Source: Clostridiales bacterium
GTDB lineage: Bacteria > Bacillota > Sulfobacillia > Sulfobacillales > Sulfobacillaceae
NCBI GenBank assembly: GCA_027365485.1
Contig: DAHXNH010000185.1
Span: 955 to 64,954, forward strand
Direction: 5' to 3'
DNA: 64,000 bases
A program made the position numbers and the translations under genes. Shown here piece after piece: positions 10,805 through 20,894 of the stretch. Each line of letters starts with the position of its first letter. Position 1 is the first letter of the stretch. Below the pieces are notes generated by a model. The model saw only the letters and a list, made by a program, of their open reading frames with translations. It made no database searches and was not told the DNA's origin.

Positions 10805-12328
10805 CTAGTCGGCGGGTGTAATCGAAATCTTCACGATTCCATTGGTAGCAGGGATGGTTAGCCTCGTCGCCGGCAAGTTCAACTGGGAGTTCTTAAATGT
10901 TTGGACGCTCTGGGTCACGCGGAGATTGGCAGGACTCACTGTCAGATGAAATCCATCGGGATAAGTCAGCCCGGAAAGATACACCGCCGTCGCTCCCTGG
11001 CTTTTTAGCGCTCGATATTGGAAGGTGTAGACCCGGTTGCTAAACTGAAATCGGCTTTGCATCGGCGTTCCGCCCACCGTCAAAGGATGTGGCGAGGCCA
11101 TGATTTGCGCTCGTTCCGGGTCCGCGCCGAAGGTGCCATCAGCCTCAACCAATCCCCAGGGATAACTGCCGCTACGAATTTGCCAAAGCCACAACAAGCC
11201 ACCGACGGCATAGAGGTTTTGCAGGCGGATCTCGTCTTTTAGCCACGCGTTGCCGCCGGCGGTCGGACTGTCTCCAAACTCACCGACCAGCCACGGTACA
11301 TCCTCCCTCGATGCCAGACTCTGCGCCTGTCGATACGCGATGGTCAGCGAAGCCACGGTGCCATTCCACGGCGTCAAGTTCGCTCGAACCATGGGCGTGG
11401 CCAGATGCGCTTCCAGCGTACTTAGAAAATGTGAGAGATTCAGTCCGCGATAGGTTCCGGTATACATATGTGGCTCGAATACGATGCCTTGGCGAAACCA
11501 TCCCCGCTGAGGCCATGCTTGGTAACCCACCATCATCGAGACCACATCCGGCTCCAAAAAGATCGGTTGCGACGACGACACGGAACGAATCGCAGCCACG
11601 GCCCGGTGGTAAAACGCAAAAAGGACCGTGGAGGCAAATGCAAGGGGAGGGAAAAATCCTGGATTGGGTTCGTTCATCACATCATACCCGGCAACCGCTG
11701 GATTCTGGGCGAATTTTGAGGCCAATTGCTTGAGAGCTAAGGCATAGTAATATTGCAAGCCATGGCCGTCGACGGGGCGATCCAGCCAGAAGCTGGTAAA
11801 GGCCCCTTGCACGGCCGGATCGGTGATATCGCCAAGGATCGGGGTGGTTTTGAGCCCAAGCGTTTTCACCATCCACGAGGGGAATCCATCGGCTTCACCG
11901 GGATATAAGCTGGCTGCATACCGATCTTGGTGCAAATCCAAAATCACCCAAATTCCATTGGCACTCGCCCAATCCACGATCTGACTTATGGCGGCCAGAT
12001 AGGTTGGGCTAAACTGCCCAGGATGAGGTTCCAGCCGACTTAATGACAACGGCAGGCGCACCAAGTTGAAGCCTAACGCATGCATCTCAGCGAAGTCACT
12101 GGCATTGACGCCCACAGCCTCCGGGAAATGCGGGTTGTACGCTACTAGAGCGTTGACATTGACTCCCCGAAACCAGGGGACTTGGCCTTCGGGTCCTCTG
12201 AGACTTCGGCCTGAGACATGGAGCGGGAATACCGTGGATGTCGTCACCGATGAGGTCAGGGTGCCGAGCCGGGGTCCCAAGAAGAGACACGACGTCACTA
12301 CCCACGGTAATTTCGCTAACCAATGCAT
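10805..12328 (-). CDS. secreted glycoside hydrolase family 5-like
   Basis: N-terminal hydrophobic signal. VMNEPNP and LVGEFG motifs are spaced as in GH5. The C-terminal ~100 aa look like a beta-sandwich extension. Confidence 0.75.
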   Translation of the reverse strand: MHWLAKLPWVVTSCLFLGPRLGTLTSSVTTSTVFPLHVSGRSLRGPEGQVPWFRGVNVNALVAYNPHFPEAVGVNASDFAEMHALGFNLVRLPLSLSRLEPHPGQFSPTYLAAISQIVDWASANGIWVILDLHQDRYAASLYPGEADGFPSWMVKTLGLKTTPILGDITDPAVQGAFTSFWLDRPVDGHGLQYYYALALKQLASKFAQNPAVAGYDVMNEPNPGFFPPLAFASTVLFAFYHRAVAAIRSVSSSQPIFLEPDVVSMMVGYQAWPQRGWFRQGIVFEPHMYTGTYRGLNLSHFLSTLEAHLATPMVRANLTPWNGTVASLTIAYRQAQSLASREDVPWLVGEFGDSPTAGGNAWLKDEIRLQNLYAVGGLLWLWQIRSGSYPWGLVEADGTFGADPERAQIMASPHPLTVGGTPMQSRFQFSNRVYTFQYRALKSQGATAVYLSGLTYPDGFHLTVSPANLRVTQSVQTFKNSQLNLPATRLTIPATNGIVKISITPAD

Positions 12329-12408
12329 GATTCACCTCCTCTACACCACTTCCCCGCCTTCCCCTCAATTCCCTGCCTTGCCAGGTTGGCAATGCTTGCC
12401 AGCGATGA

Positions 12409-13908
12409 TTATCCTTGGTTGTTTTCGGCCAAAAAGCGCTGTCTCAAATGCGCTATGACTCCGTTGTAATAGTTGGTGCCGACCGATAAATACTCGATTT
12501 GATTCAGATAGTCCTCAATGGCCGAAACGGCTCCGATTTCGGCTAATTCATCGAGCGTCCTTCCCCCTGCCCATCGATGATGGGTTTGCACAATGAGAGT
12601 AATCAGCCATTCTTCGTCGACCATCACGGTTTCTTCTGGGCTCAGCCTTCGTCCCAGCTTGGGAGCCTGAACGAGATAGCCCCGGCTCTCCGCGTGGGTT
12701 TGGTAGATGGGCAAGCGCGGACCGAGCTCCTGAACCTCGGCCACGGCTTTAGGCAACACCTGGCCCTTGGGCGCCAATTTCCGCAACAGGGGTTCTAACG
12801 TTTTGAAGATTCGCGGAGAAAAAACGCGCGCCGTCATTTGCACCGCGTTTTCAAAGCGAATGTCGGCCAAAATCGGATGAGCCTCTGCCTCAACATTCAG
12901 CCGTTCGGAAAAAAATTCGATACCGTCTCCTCCATACCACCAGCCGAAGGATTCGCCTGCGCGATACAGTTGAAAGTCCGGACTTTCCGATAGGGCTTTG
13001 GCCCAGGCCCCGGGATCGGTCAGAAAATACCGGTGGATGGTCTCTACCCCTGTGGCCGCACTTTTCGCTCCGCCAAAGTGAACCCCCGGACTCGGCCATT
13101 TGAAATCGGCCGACACTTTAAACGGCCGGTCAAACAGTTCTGCCATCCTCGGTCCCAAATCGGCTCGCCCCAACGCGGGAAGATAGGTCGAAGACACGCC
13201 CTCCGGTCTCAATCCATTCAGCACCCGAATCGCTCCGCGAATGGCCGGTTCGTACCATCGCAAAAACTCCTCTTGACTCGACACTAACCCTGCCGCTCGA
13301 GCCTGAGACTCGCTGCGTGAAATGGCATCCAATAAAAAGCCACGATCTCCGGGCTGGCCCAAATAGACCACGCCCACCGGCACCAGACCCTCATCCACGG
13401 CAACCAAGTCCCCAAACAACAACCCGTGCAGCCGTCTCAGGCCTTCATCGGACGGGCCCACGAGCACCTGACCCTGACGCCCGTCCAAAAGATTGACTAC
13501 ACCAAGCCACGCCGGGGAAGATTCCACATCCGTCACTTGCCATAACGAAGGGAACGTCTGACGGCGATTTCGAGCTAAGATCTGAGCCGACTCGGACAGG
13601 TCGGGGCCCACTTCATCCAAGTAGCGATCCTGAACGCTTCGACCCTTCTCATCGCGCAGCATGCGAAACAGGTAATCCGTCAGTTCATAGGTCTCATGCT
13701 GGTTTAACTGGACTGAACGCGCCGCCAGCTTGGTATCCGCCTCGGCGACCACCCTTTCCGAATCAAGCAAATAATGATGAACTATCGGGTCCAAGGACTT
13801 ATGGCCGCGAAGATGGGACGCACAATAGACATTTTCCGTGGAGAAATATTCTTGCTTGGCTTGATGATACCTAAATTCGCCCAGGACTTGATTGCTGTTA
13901 TCAGACAT
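12409..13908 (-). CDS. hypothetical cytoplasmic protein (499 aa), no family recognised
   Basis: Clean ORF with protein-like composition and no signal peptide or TM segment. It is the first gene of the co-directional string with the two GH genes. Confidence 0.6.
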   Translation of the reverse strand: MSDNSNQVLGEFRYHQAKQEYFSTENVYCASHLRGHKSLDPIVHHYLLDSERVVAEADTKLAARSVQLNQHETYELTDYLFRMLRDEKGRSVQDRYLDEVGPDLSESAQILARNRRQTFPSLWQVTDVESSPAWLGVVNLLDGRQGQVLVGPSDEGLRRLHGLLFGDLVAVDEGLVPVGVVYLGQPGDRGFLLDAISRSESQARAAGLVSSQEEFLRWYEPAIRGAIRVLNGLRPEGVSSTYLPALGRADLGPRMAELFDRPFKVSADFKWPSPGVHFGGAKSAATGVETIHRYFLTDPGAWAKALSESPDFQLYRAGESFGWWYGGDGIEFFSERLNVEAEAHPILADIRFENAVQMTARVFSPRIFKTLEPLLRKLAPKGQVLPKAVAEVQELGPRLPIYQTHAESRGYLVQAPKLGRRLSPEETVMVDEEWLITLIVQTHHRWAGGRTLDELAEIGAVSAIEDYLNQIEYLSVGTNYYNGVIAHLRQRFLAENNQG

Positions 13909-14118
13909 AGATGGTCATCCTTCTTTACTCACTGTAATGGATTGAAGTCAAAACAACCCTTAAATCTCCCCCGATGGTAGCGAAATCTCGACAAAAATGC
14001 CACCCACGTCTGGCAAATGACTGAGATGATTCGGATCCGGTCGATGCCAACTGGGCCGGAAGAGCCGCATATAACCGTCAACAGAGGACACTCTGGTAGA
14101 CAAGGGAGGGAATCTCTG

Positions 14119-15324
14119 GTGGCCACTGGGATAAGGCGGCGGCGTCATCATTGGGGAGAAACGTCCCTAGGCGGCAGACGCCCGTTCGCCATCATTGCGA
14201 TAGCCATCAGCACACGTCTCAGCGACTGGATCTTGGGCTATGTATGCTACCGACTGTTGCCCCACGCCTATCCGCGAATCCCTCGCGGCCTTCTTTCTGC
14301 CTCCTCTTGGATTCCTGGCCTTCGCCTATGGTCGAACTGGGACGGGCTTTGGTATTTATCCATCGCCCATTTGGGATATCATGGCCGCGTCGAGGCTACG
14401 GCCTTTTTCCCGCTCTATCCCCTCTTGATCTCGGGATTGGGGGCCACCGTCTTGGCCGGCGTTATTTTGTCCTGGACCGCATTTGTGGTGGGTCTGGTCT
14501 TCCTTTGGCAGATGACCTCGGACCGTTATGGGCCGCGCACTGCATGGTACACCATAATCGTTTGCATCACCTGGCCGACGGCGTTTTTCTACGGTGCGGT
14601 CTATACCGAGTCCCTCTTTTTTGCCTTGGCCACCGCCGCCCTTTATTGTGGACAGCGCCGTGCGTATGCGGCATCGGCGGTGCTTTCAGGCGTCGCCAGC
14701 GCCGTTTCTATTTACGGCATCCTACTGGCCGTAGCCTTGGCCGGGACCATGATCCGCCATCGCCGAACGGGCCTAACGCCTCCTCAACCCTGGTCCTATC
14801 TCTTGATGACCCCCTTGGGCTTATTGAGTTACATGGGGTTTTTGTGGCTTCGCTTTGGACACCCGCTGATGTTCGAACGGGTCCAATACCTTTGGGGTCG
14901 ACACCGCGGCTGGCCTTGGCTCACCCTGATTCGAGGATTTCATTCGGCTTGGCGGGCACGAGCAGTCTTTCACACTGGCAACGTGTGGCTCCCCTTCACT
15001 CATGCGGCCAACATCAGTATCAACAGCTGGAATTTTCTTTTTTATGCCACCGCGATTGGCTTGGTCCTATTCATCGGCTGGCGGCTGCCCGTGGAGTGGT
15101 TGGCTTACACCGGGCTGTCTCTGATGCTGCCCTTATTCGACCCAGCTCGGGCCGAGCCTTTGATGTCGTTTCCCCGGCTGTTTCTTTCCAGCGTTCCGCT
15201 CTTTCCCGCCTTGGGTATGATACTCGCCCGCTCCCGCTTGGCCCAGGGCCTCTACTTTCTCCTCGCCATTCCCTTAGGGCTATGGATGCTGGCTCGCTTC
15301 GTCACTTTTCGCTGGGTCGGATAA
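14119..15324 (+). CDS. integral membrane GT-C-type glycosyltransferase, PIG-V/mannosyltransferase-like
   Basis: In ORF 14017..15324. GTG at 14119 follows AAGGGAGGGAA. Has a WDGLWYLSIAHLGY motif and many TM helices. Confidence 0.6.
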   Translation: MATGIRRRRHHWGETSLGGRRPFAIIAIAISTRLSDWILGYVCYRLLPHAYPRIPRGLLSASSWIPGLRLWSNWDGLWYLSIAHLGYHGRVEATAFFPLYPLLISGLGATVLAGVILSWTAFVVGLVFLWQMTSDRYGPRTAWYTIIVCITWPTAFFYGAVYTESLFFALATAALYCGQRRAYAASAVLSGVASAVSIYGILLAVALAGTMIRHRRTGLTPPQPWSYLLMTPLGLLSYMGFLWLRFGHPLMFERVQYLWGRHRGWPWLTLIRGFHSAWRARAVFHTGNVWLPFTHAANISINSWNFLFYATAIGLVLFIGWRLPVEWLAYTGLSLMLPLFDPARAEPLMSFPRLFLSSVPLFPALGMILARSRLAQGLYFLLAIPLGLWMLARFVTFRWVG

Positions 15325-15395
15325 GGAGGGGCGGCACGCCTCTGCTTAGTTTACGATGGGTTACAATAATCGTAAGCTGGTTTGGGGGGCCGATA

Positions 15396-16622
15396 ATGTC
15401 TCATAATTTATTTTGGCTGTATACCATCCGCGCTTTTCGTAGCTTCACCACGGCGTTTTTGACGGTGGCCTTTCCTCTTTATCTGGCCGTCGGAGGATAC
15501 TCGGCTGCACGCATCGGCTGGACGCTCACCTTTTCGGGCGTGCTAACGGCTGGCTTGGTAGTTGGAGTGGGCTTCGGCGGAGACCTTTGGGGACGTCGCA
15601 CCATCATTATCTTATTAGGCCTGTTATCCGTGGTCGGCGCCGGCCTTTTGTCGTGGACGGATGCTCTTTGGGTAGTCGTCCTCGCCAGTGGACTCGGGGG
15701 AGTGGGTCGCGGCGGCGGTGCGGGCAGTGGTGGCTCATGGGGGCCGGTGTTTCCGGCCGAGCAGCCATTACTGGCCGCGTCGGTTACCGCCGAACGGCGC
15801 ACGGAGGCGTTTGGACGCATTTCCTTCATTGGCGTGATGGCCGGGGCTTTGGGATCGTTGGTGGCCGGATTGCCGGCAGTGCTCCATCGGCACGGCTGGG
15901 CCTGGCTACCGTCATACCATGTCCTCTTCGCCCTGGCCGCGGTGATTTCGTTAATCATGGTGGTCGCCAGTTTTTCTCTGCGAGAGACTCCTCCTTCCAA
16001 GAAATCGCCTGAAGATACCGCCGACGCCCCGCCGATCTCGCCCTGGCAACTGATTCGGCGATTGGCTCTGACCAACGCGCTCAACGGCCTCGGCTTCGGA
16101 TTTCTCGGTCCCTTGTTGACCTATTGGTTCTATCGCCGATACCACGTAGGCCCCGGCGAGCTTGCCATTTTGTATGCGCTCATCAATCTGGTCTCGGCCA
16201 TTCCCTATCTCGGCGCGGCTAAGTTAAGCGCGCGCTTTGGTTCCGTCCGCACTGTGACTGTCACCCGTTCTCTCGGCCTGCTGATGCTCTTGGGAATGGT
16301 CTGGGCACCAACATTTGCCTGGGCGGGAGTCGCCTATGCGCTGCGCATGGCCTTCAATTCACTTGGTATGCCCGCCAGGCAATCTTTTACCATGGCCGTC
16401 TCCAATGACCGCTATCGCAGCCGCATCTCGGCTTTTAGCCAACTGCCCTCGCAGGTGACCTCCATGATCTCGCCCGCCATAGGCGGATCGTTGATGGACG
16501 CCTTCTTAAATGTGCCCATTTTCGGTGCCGTCGTATTTATGGGAGCCAATGTCGTCGCCTATTGGTTTGCGTTTAGAAATGTGACCCCGCCCGAGGAACA
16601 AAAACAGGTTCGGACGTCCTAG
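15396..16622 (+). CDS. MFS transporter
   Basis: This is the C-terminal 408 aa of ORF 14151..16622, starting at ATG 15396 (MSHNLFWLY). About 12 hydrophobic segments, with an MFS motif-A-like GGDLWGRR. Confidence 0.8.
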   Translation: MSHNLFWLYTIRAFRSFTTAFLTVAFPLYLAVGGYSAARIGWTLTFSGVLTAGLVVGVGFGGDLWGRRTIIILLGLLSVVGAGLLSWTDALWVVVLASGLGGVGRGGGAGSGGSWGPVFPAEQPLLAASVTAERRTEAFGRISFIGVMAGALGSLVAGLPAVLHRHGWAWLPSYHVLFALAAVISLIMVVASFSLRETPPSKKSPEDTADAPPISPWQLIRRLALTNALNGLGFGFLGPLLTYWFYRRYHVGPGELAILYALINLVSAIPYLGAAKLSARFGSVRTVTVTRSLGLLMLLGMVWAPTFAWAGVAYALRMAFNSLGMPARQSFTMAVSNDRYRSRISAFSQLPSQVTSMISPAIGGSLMDAFLNVPIFGAVVFMGANVVAYWFAFRNVTPPEEQKQVRTS

Positions 16623-16641
16623 ATACCAAAGGAGGATTGGG

Positions 16642-17628
16642 ATGTATCGTCTCACCAGTTTCTGGCATGTAAGCTCCACCCTGGCTCACAATCCGCTATC
16701 CGATCCCGCTCGCCGAAGGACTTGGGTGCTTACGCCGGACGATTATCCCGACGATGCTCCCTTGCCCAGCATTTGGATGCTCGCCAGTTTTATGAGCACC
16801 GGCTCGGCATTTCTATCGTTCCGGCCTTGGCAAGAGAATTTCATGGATCGGGTCTCGCGCCTCCGAAAGTCGGGCGCACTGCTGCCGGTACGCTTCGTAT
16901 TACCCGACGTCTTTACCGCGGTCGGCGGCAGTCAATTCATCGATTCTCCAGCTATCGGCCGTTACCAGACTTATCTCTGGCACGAGCTGCTGCCTGCCGT
17001 AGAGGCGCGCTATGCCACCGGTCGGCGGGGACTCGCCGGCACTTCGTCGGGAGGCTATGGGGCCATCATCACCGCCTTGCTCGGCCCGCCGCTGTTTAAC
17101 GGCATTGCCGCTCACGCGGCCGACATGGGGTTTTCTTGGTGCTACCTCAGCGAATTTCCCAAACTACTGGAAGTACTGCGTGCGTGCGGAGGGCTGGAAG
17201 CTTTTTGGCATCGGTTCCAAAACGCGGCTCAAAAACCGCCGTCTTGGCTCTCGGCTATCAATCTCATGGCGATGGCCATGGCCTACAGCCCCAATATGAA
17301 CGCACCCCCGCCCCACGCCGACTTGCCGCTCGATCCCTTCACCTTAGAAATCCAACCAAGGGTCTGGCCGCGGTGGCTGGCATGGGATCCCCTCTCTTTG
17401 ATAGATCGTCCCGAAATCCAAGATCGGGCGCGCCAACTCCAATATTTCTACTTTGACGTGGGCCTCAGCGACCAGTATCACTTGCAATACGGTGCAGAGC
17501 TATTTCACCGCAAACTAAGTAATTATGCGATCGGGCACGACTTCGCTCCCTTCGAAGGTGATCATTTTGGCACCCAATCGCGTTTTGATCTCAGTCTTCC
17601 GCGACTAGCCGAAGCCCTGAGCGTTTGA
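16642..17628 (+). CDS. esterase-family alpha/beta hydrolase (putative esterase/esterase D-like)
   Basis: AAGGAGG SD. Nucleophile elbow GTSSGGYGA. Confidence 0.65.
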   Translation: MYRLTSFWHVSSTLAHNPLSDPARRRTWVLTPDDYPDDAPLPSIWMLASFMSTGSAFLSFRPWQENFMDRVSRLRKSGALLPVRFVLPDVFTAVGGSQFIDSPAIGRYQTYLWHELLPAVEARYATGRRGLAGTSSGGYGAIITALLGPPLFNGIAAHAADMGFSWCYLSEFPKLLEVLRACGGLEAFWHRFQNAAQKPPSWLSAINLMAMAMAYSPNMNAPPPHADLPLDPFTLEIQPRVWPRWLAWDPLSLIDRPEIQDRARQLQYFYFDVGLSDQYHLQYGAELFHRKLSNYAIGHDFAPFEGDHFGTQSRFDLSLPRLAEALSV

Positions 17629-17681
17629 CAACCGTCCCCAGTTCAGAGATGATATAGTAAACATGTGTTTTGAGGTGGGTT

Positions 17682-18578
17682 ATGCGCGAGATATTAAAAT
17701 GGCAAGCTCGGTCGCTGTTGAATCGGCAAAACCATTCACCCTATGGATTTGATGCGACCGTAAATCCTTATCGCGGCTGCGCCCACGCCTGCCACTATTG
17801 TTACGCACGGGATACCCATTTGTTCCTTGACCTCAACATCGGCGAAGACTTTTCTCAAAAACTGTTTGTGAAGCAACGCTCGCCCGAACAAATTCGCCAA
17901 GAAGTAAACCGTCTGCCCTTGGATCGCGTGATTGCGCTGGGCACTGCCACCGACCCCTATCAGCCGCTGGAAGGACATCATCGAATCAGCCGGCGCCTCC
18001 TTGAAATCATCGCTGATAGCGGCCATGCAGTCACCATTACTACGAAATCCCCCTTGATTCTAAGAGACATGGACCTCCTCGAAAGGTTAGCCAACCATCA
18101 TCAGATCCGCGTGCATATCAGCCTCATCTCCATCAACCGAGACCTTTTGCGCGTTCTCGAACCCGGGGCGCCGCCGCCCTCGGTGCGACTCCAAACCATC
18201 GCCGAGTTAACTCAGCATACCATTCCCACCCTTTTGTTTGCCGCTCCCATCCTGCCTTATCTGACCGACCAGGAAGAGCAGTTGGCCCGGTTGTTCAAGG
18301 GTGCCAGCGAGGCCTTGGTCGACGGCGTGATGGCCTCTCGCCTGCGCCTAAGCCCTACGATGAAATCTTATTTTTTTGACTGGATCGTCACCCACTATCC
18401 GGACCTCTTGGAACCCTACCGCAACCTTTATCCTGGATCCTCGCAATATCCGCTGGCCAGCTATAGTCAGACGCTTAGCCAACGAGTAGCCAAACTGCAG
18501 CAGCACTATGGCCTTGCCCAACCATATCCCACCCCCCAAGCATGGCGTCCCATCAGCCAACTCGAGTTCCGTTTTTAA
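17682..18578 (+). CDS. radical SAM protein (SplB/COG1533-like)
   Basis: CxxxCxxC cluster in NPYRGCAHACHYCYAR. ATG at 17682 follows GAGGTGGG. Confidence 0.8.
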   Translation: MREILKWQARSLLNRQNHSPYGFDATVNPYRGCAHACHYCYARDTHLFLDLNIGEDFSQKLFVKQRSPEQIRQEVNRLPLDRVIALGTATDPYQPLEGHHRISRRLLEIIADSGHAVTITTKSPLILRDMDLLERLANHHQIRVHISLISINRDLLRVLEPGAPPPSVRLQTIAELTQHTIPTLLFAAPILPYLTDQEEQLARLFKGASEALVDGVMASRLRLSPTMKSYFFDWIVTHYPDLLEPYRNLYPGSSQYPLASYSQTLSQRVAKLQQHYGLAQPYPTPQAWRPISQLEFRF

Positions 18579-18713
18579 ACCAATAACCGACAAGGTTTGC
18601 TAAAATTTCTGTGAATCCTTTCCAATTCGCCGAGTAAACTAGCGGTACGCGTCATAATACGCCATAATCAATATGAAACCTATCCGCCGAGAATCTCGAA
18701 AGGAGTCCGCATC

Positions 18714-19040
18714 ATGCACATGGCTCAACAAATCATTGGTCCTCATATTTGGGTCAAACAAGCGCCCGCTTGGAATGCGGTCGTCGATACGTTGGCTCTT
18801 CCCCTGTTTAGCGATGAGCAGCGTGCCCGTTTGACTCCCTTTGTTGACTTGCCCCATCGCCAGGTCGATTGGGGTGGTATTCATGGTGTAGCCAAAGAGT
18901 TTCCTCGAGAACAACAAACGTTGTTGCGGATCGCGCACGCCTTATTTAATGGGGGAGACTGTCAACTCGCCGAACTCGGAGACTTGTCGAGTGGTGGCCG
19001 TTCTGCCGCCATCTTGCTTATCGGTCAGCGCTATCGCTAG
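18714..19040 (+). CDS. hypothetical protein (108 aa)
   Basis: ATG preceded by AAAGGAG. No family recognised. Confidence 0.45.
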   Translation: MHMAQQIIGPHIWVKQAPAWNAVVDTLALPLFSDEQRARLTPFVDLPHRQVDWGGIHGVAKEFPREQQTLLRIAHALFNGGDCQLAELGDLSSGGRSAAILLIGQRYR

Positions 19041-19491
19041 CCGATAGATCGCATACCGCCCTATTGGCCAGATTTTTCCTGTCGAAACCATCCACGACCA
19101 GGCGTTTATCCCCCTCGGTCTGCGTTTTCTTGGCATGAGCTAATTCTGGGCTATATACCCGGCATTAAGGATCGGATACTGGCGCCGACCCCGTTTGCCT
19201 ACCTTACCCTCGTTCATCAAGGAGTACGTTGCACTGCACTCAGTGCCGAATAAGCTGCGCTTGGTTGGGATTTGTTCCCTGCGATGGATTCCACGCTGAG
19301 GCACTTTTCTTACCCGCCCTAAATTTCTCCTCCTTGAGTCAGAATCGATGGTTTAGTGGGTGATGACGGTCCGTGGGGCATGGGTCATCCATTGGTCCAG
19401 ACCGCGAGCCAGTAAAAGGCGATGGCGTCCGTCGCCACTGGTTTGATTGCGGTTGGTCTCTTGTGGAGTTTGCGCTTTTTCTTCAAGGCCG

Positions 19492-19731
19492 TGGCTCTTA
19501 CGCACTTTCTGTGATTACTAATTGCCTAGACAACGATTAAACCGGGATATTATGGGCGTTTCCTGTTATTTACTGCTAGAACTATAGGAAATGCGCACAA
19601 CATATCTATCGTCTCTGGACTGTCTGCCGAGTTTCCCTAATTTTCTCGGGAAAATAATCGCAAACCCGTAATACGCGGTTGCTACGTCCTTACTGCGTCG
19701 ACTGTTAATAACAGAAAGTGCGTAAGAGCCA
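19492..19731. mobile_element. MITE-like element: perfect 20-21 bp terminal inverted repeats around a 198-bp AT-rich core
   Basis: GGCTCTTACGCACTTTCTGT at 19493..19512 is the exact reverse complement of 19711..19730, and one more pair extends this to 19492/19731. There is no long ORF inside and no target-site duplication. Confidence 0.4.
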
Positions 19732-20234
19732 AACATTTCACAACTCCGTCCTTCCGACTCAACAGACTATACAAATGGCACTGGAGGAATAACTGGCAAT
19801 CCATCTCCAGCGGGTCAAAAAACCGCTGACTCCACCTCTTGTCGAATCCATAAGTTTAGGGCAAGCCGTTCCTTTTTCGTCCTCGCTTGATCTATGGGTG
19901 CGACGGCTTGCCACCCATCTTCGTACGGGAGCGGATTCGGTCCATTTCGGCGTTGCGCTTTGCCCTTTCTGCTCGCTCCCTTGAGCCCCCCGACTTAGCG
20001 AATTGGTCGGAATTCTTGACATCTAAGGCCTTTCGCACCGTCTTTTTCGATCGACTGCATGCCGGTTTCTTTCTTAAATTTTTGGCTTCATTTAGGTATC
20101 GACGCCGACGATGCCCTGCCTTATCATCCAGATAGACGATTCGCATCATCGGCTCGGGTCCTCGTGACCATTGGTCTTTGGTCGCAAGTTTGTTACCATA
20201 GCTGTAGGCTTTTGATCGAGAGGAGAACACACTT

Positions 20235-20837
20235 TTGAATCGCGACATTTGGATGATCCCCAAAAATCAGGCATTTCTCCGCAAAAGATCCCCTAAAGCC
20301 CGCAATCGCAGCGAATGGCTTCCCGTCGTCCAGGACCTCAATGACACCTGGGACCACGTAGCCGCCCATGGCATCGCGGCGCCCCAAATCGGCATTTCTC
20401 GGCGGATCTTTGTCTTCCGTCCCTACGGCGACGAAACCTCCCCGCCCGAAGCCATCATCAATCCTAAAATCATTCGGGCCCAGGGAGAGCTTAAGGATTT
20501 CGATGGTTGTCTTAGTGTTCCCCGCATTTATGGGCGTACGCGCCGCGCCGCCATGGTGGAACTCACAGGCTTCGACGTAGATGGGAATCATATTCGACGC
20601 ACTTATGAGGGCTTTACCGCCCGAATTATTCAACACGAGTTTGACCACCTGGACGGAATTTTGTTCATCGACCGACTCGACTCGCTCGACGATGGCTATA
20701 CGTTTCGACGGATTGAAGAAGCGGACGAAAACGGAGTCATGGTCGAACGCAACGAAGAAGTGGAATTGTCCCCAGACGAACGAATGGGAATTCAACGCTT
20801 GCAGGTGAAGCTGCCCGGTCATGCCTTAACTTGGTAG
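20235..20837 (+). CDS. def: peptide deformylase
   Basis: Motifs GIAAPQIG, DGCLSVP, HEFDHLDG. TTG start 7 nt after GAGAGGAGAA. Confidence 0.9.
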   Translation: MNRDIWMIPKNQAFLRKRSPKARNRSEWLPVVQDLNDTWDHVAAHGIAAPQIGISRRIFVFRPYGDETSPPEAIINPKIIRAQGELKDFDGCLSVPRIYGRTRRAAMVELTGFDVDGNHIRRTYEGFTARIIQHEFDHLDGILFIDRLDSLDDGYTFRRIEEADENGVMVERNEEVELSPDERMGIQRLQVKLPGHALTW

Positions 20838-20863
20838 CATGACCGGGCGGACAGACAAGTTGA

Positions 20864-20894
20864 GGTTAGATCGGCCACCATCTCCGACCTAACC
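20864..20894. terminator. hairpin between convergent def and the aminotransferase gene (no U-tract)
   Basis: GGTTAGATCGG-N9-CCGACCTAACC forms 11 bp with one mismatch. It overlaps the aminotransferase stop codon. Confidence 0.35.

Noticed and set aside
14151-15395. A same-strand alternative frame stays open for 415 codons across the GT-C gene and fuses to the MFS ORF (823-aa ORF 14151..16622).
   Set aside because: Its translation is Arg/Pro/Leu/His-rich with no TM periodicity. The other frame carries the WDGLWYLSIAHLGY motif and clean TM helices. The MFS part has its own ATG at 15396. This is an off-frame artefact of GC-rich coding DNA.
20193-20822. 209-aa antisense ORF covering def.
   Set aside because: The plus frame has all three deformylase motifs. 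The antisense ORF has no motif and no SD.
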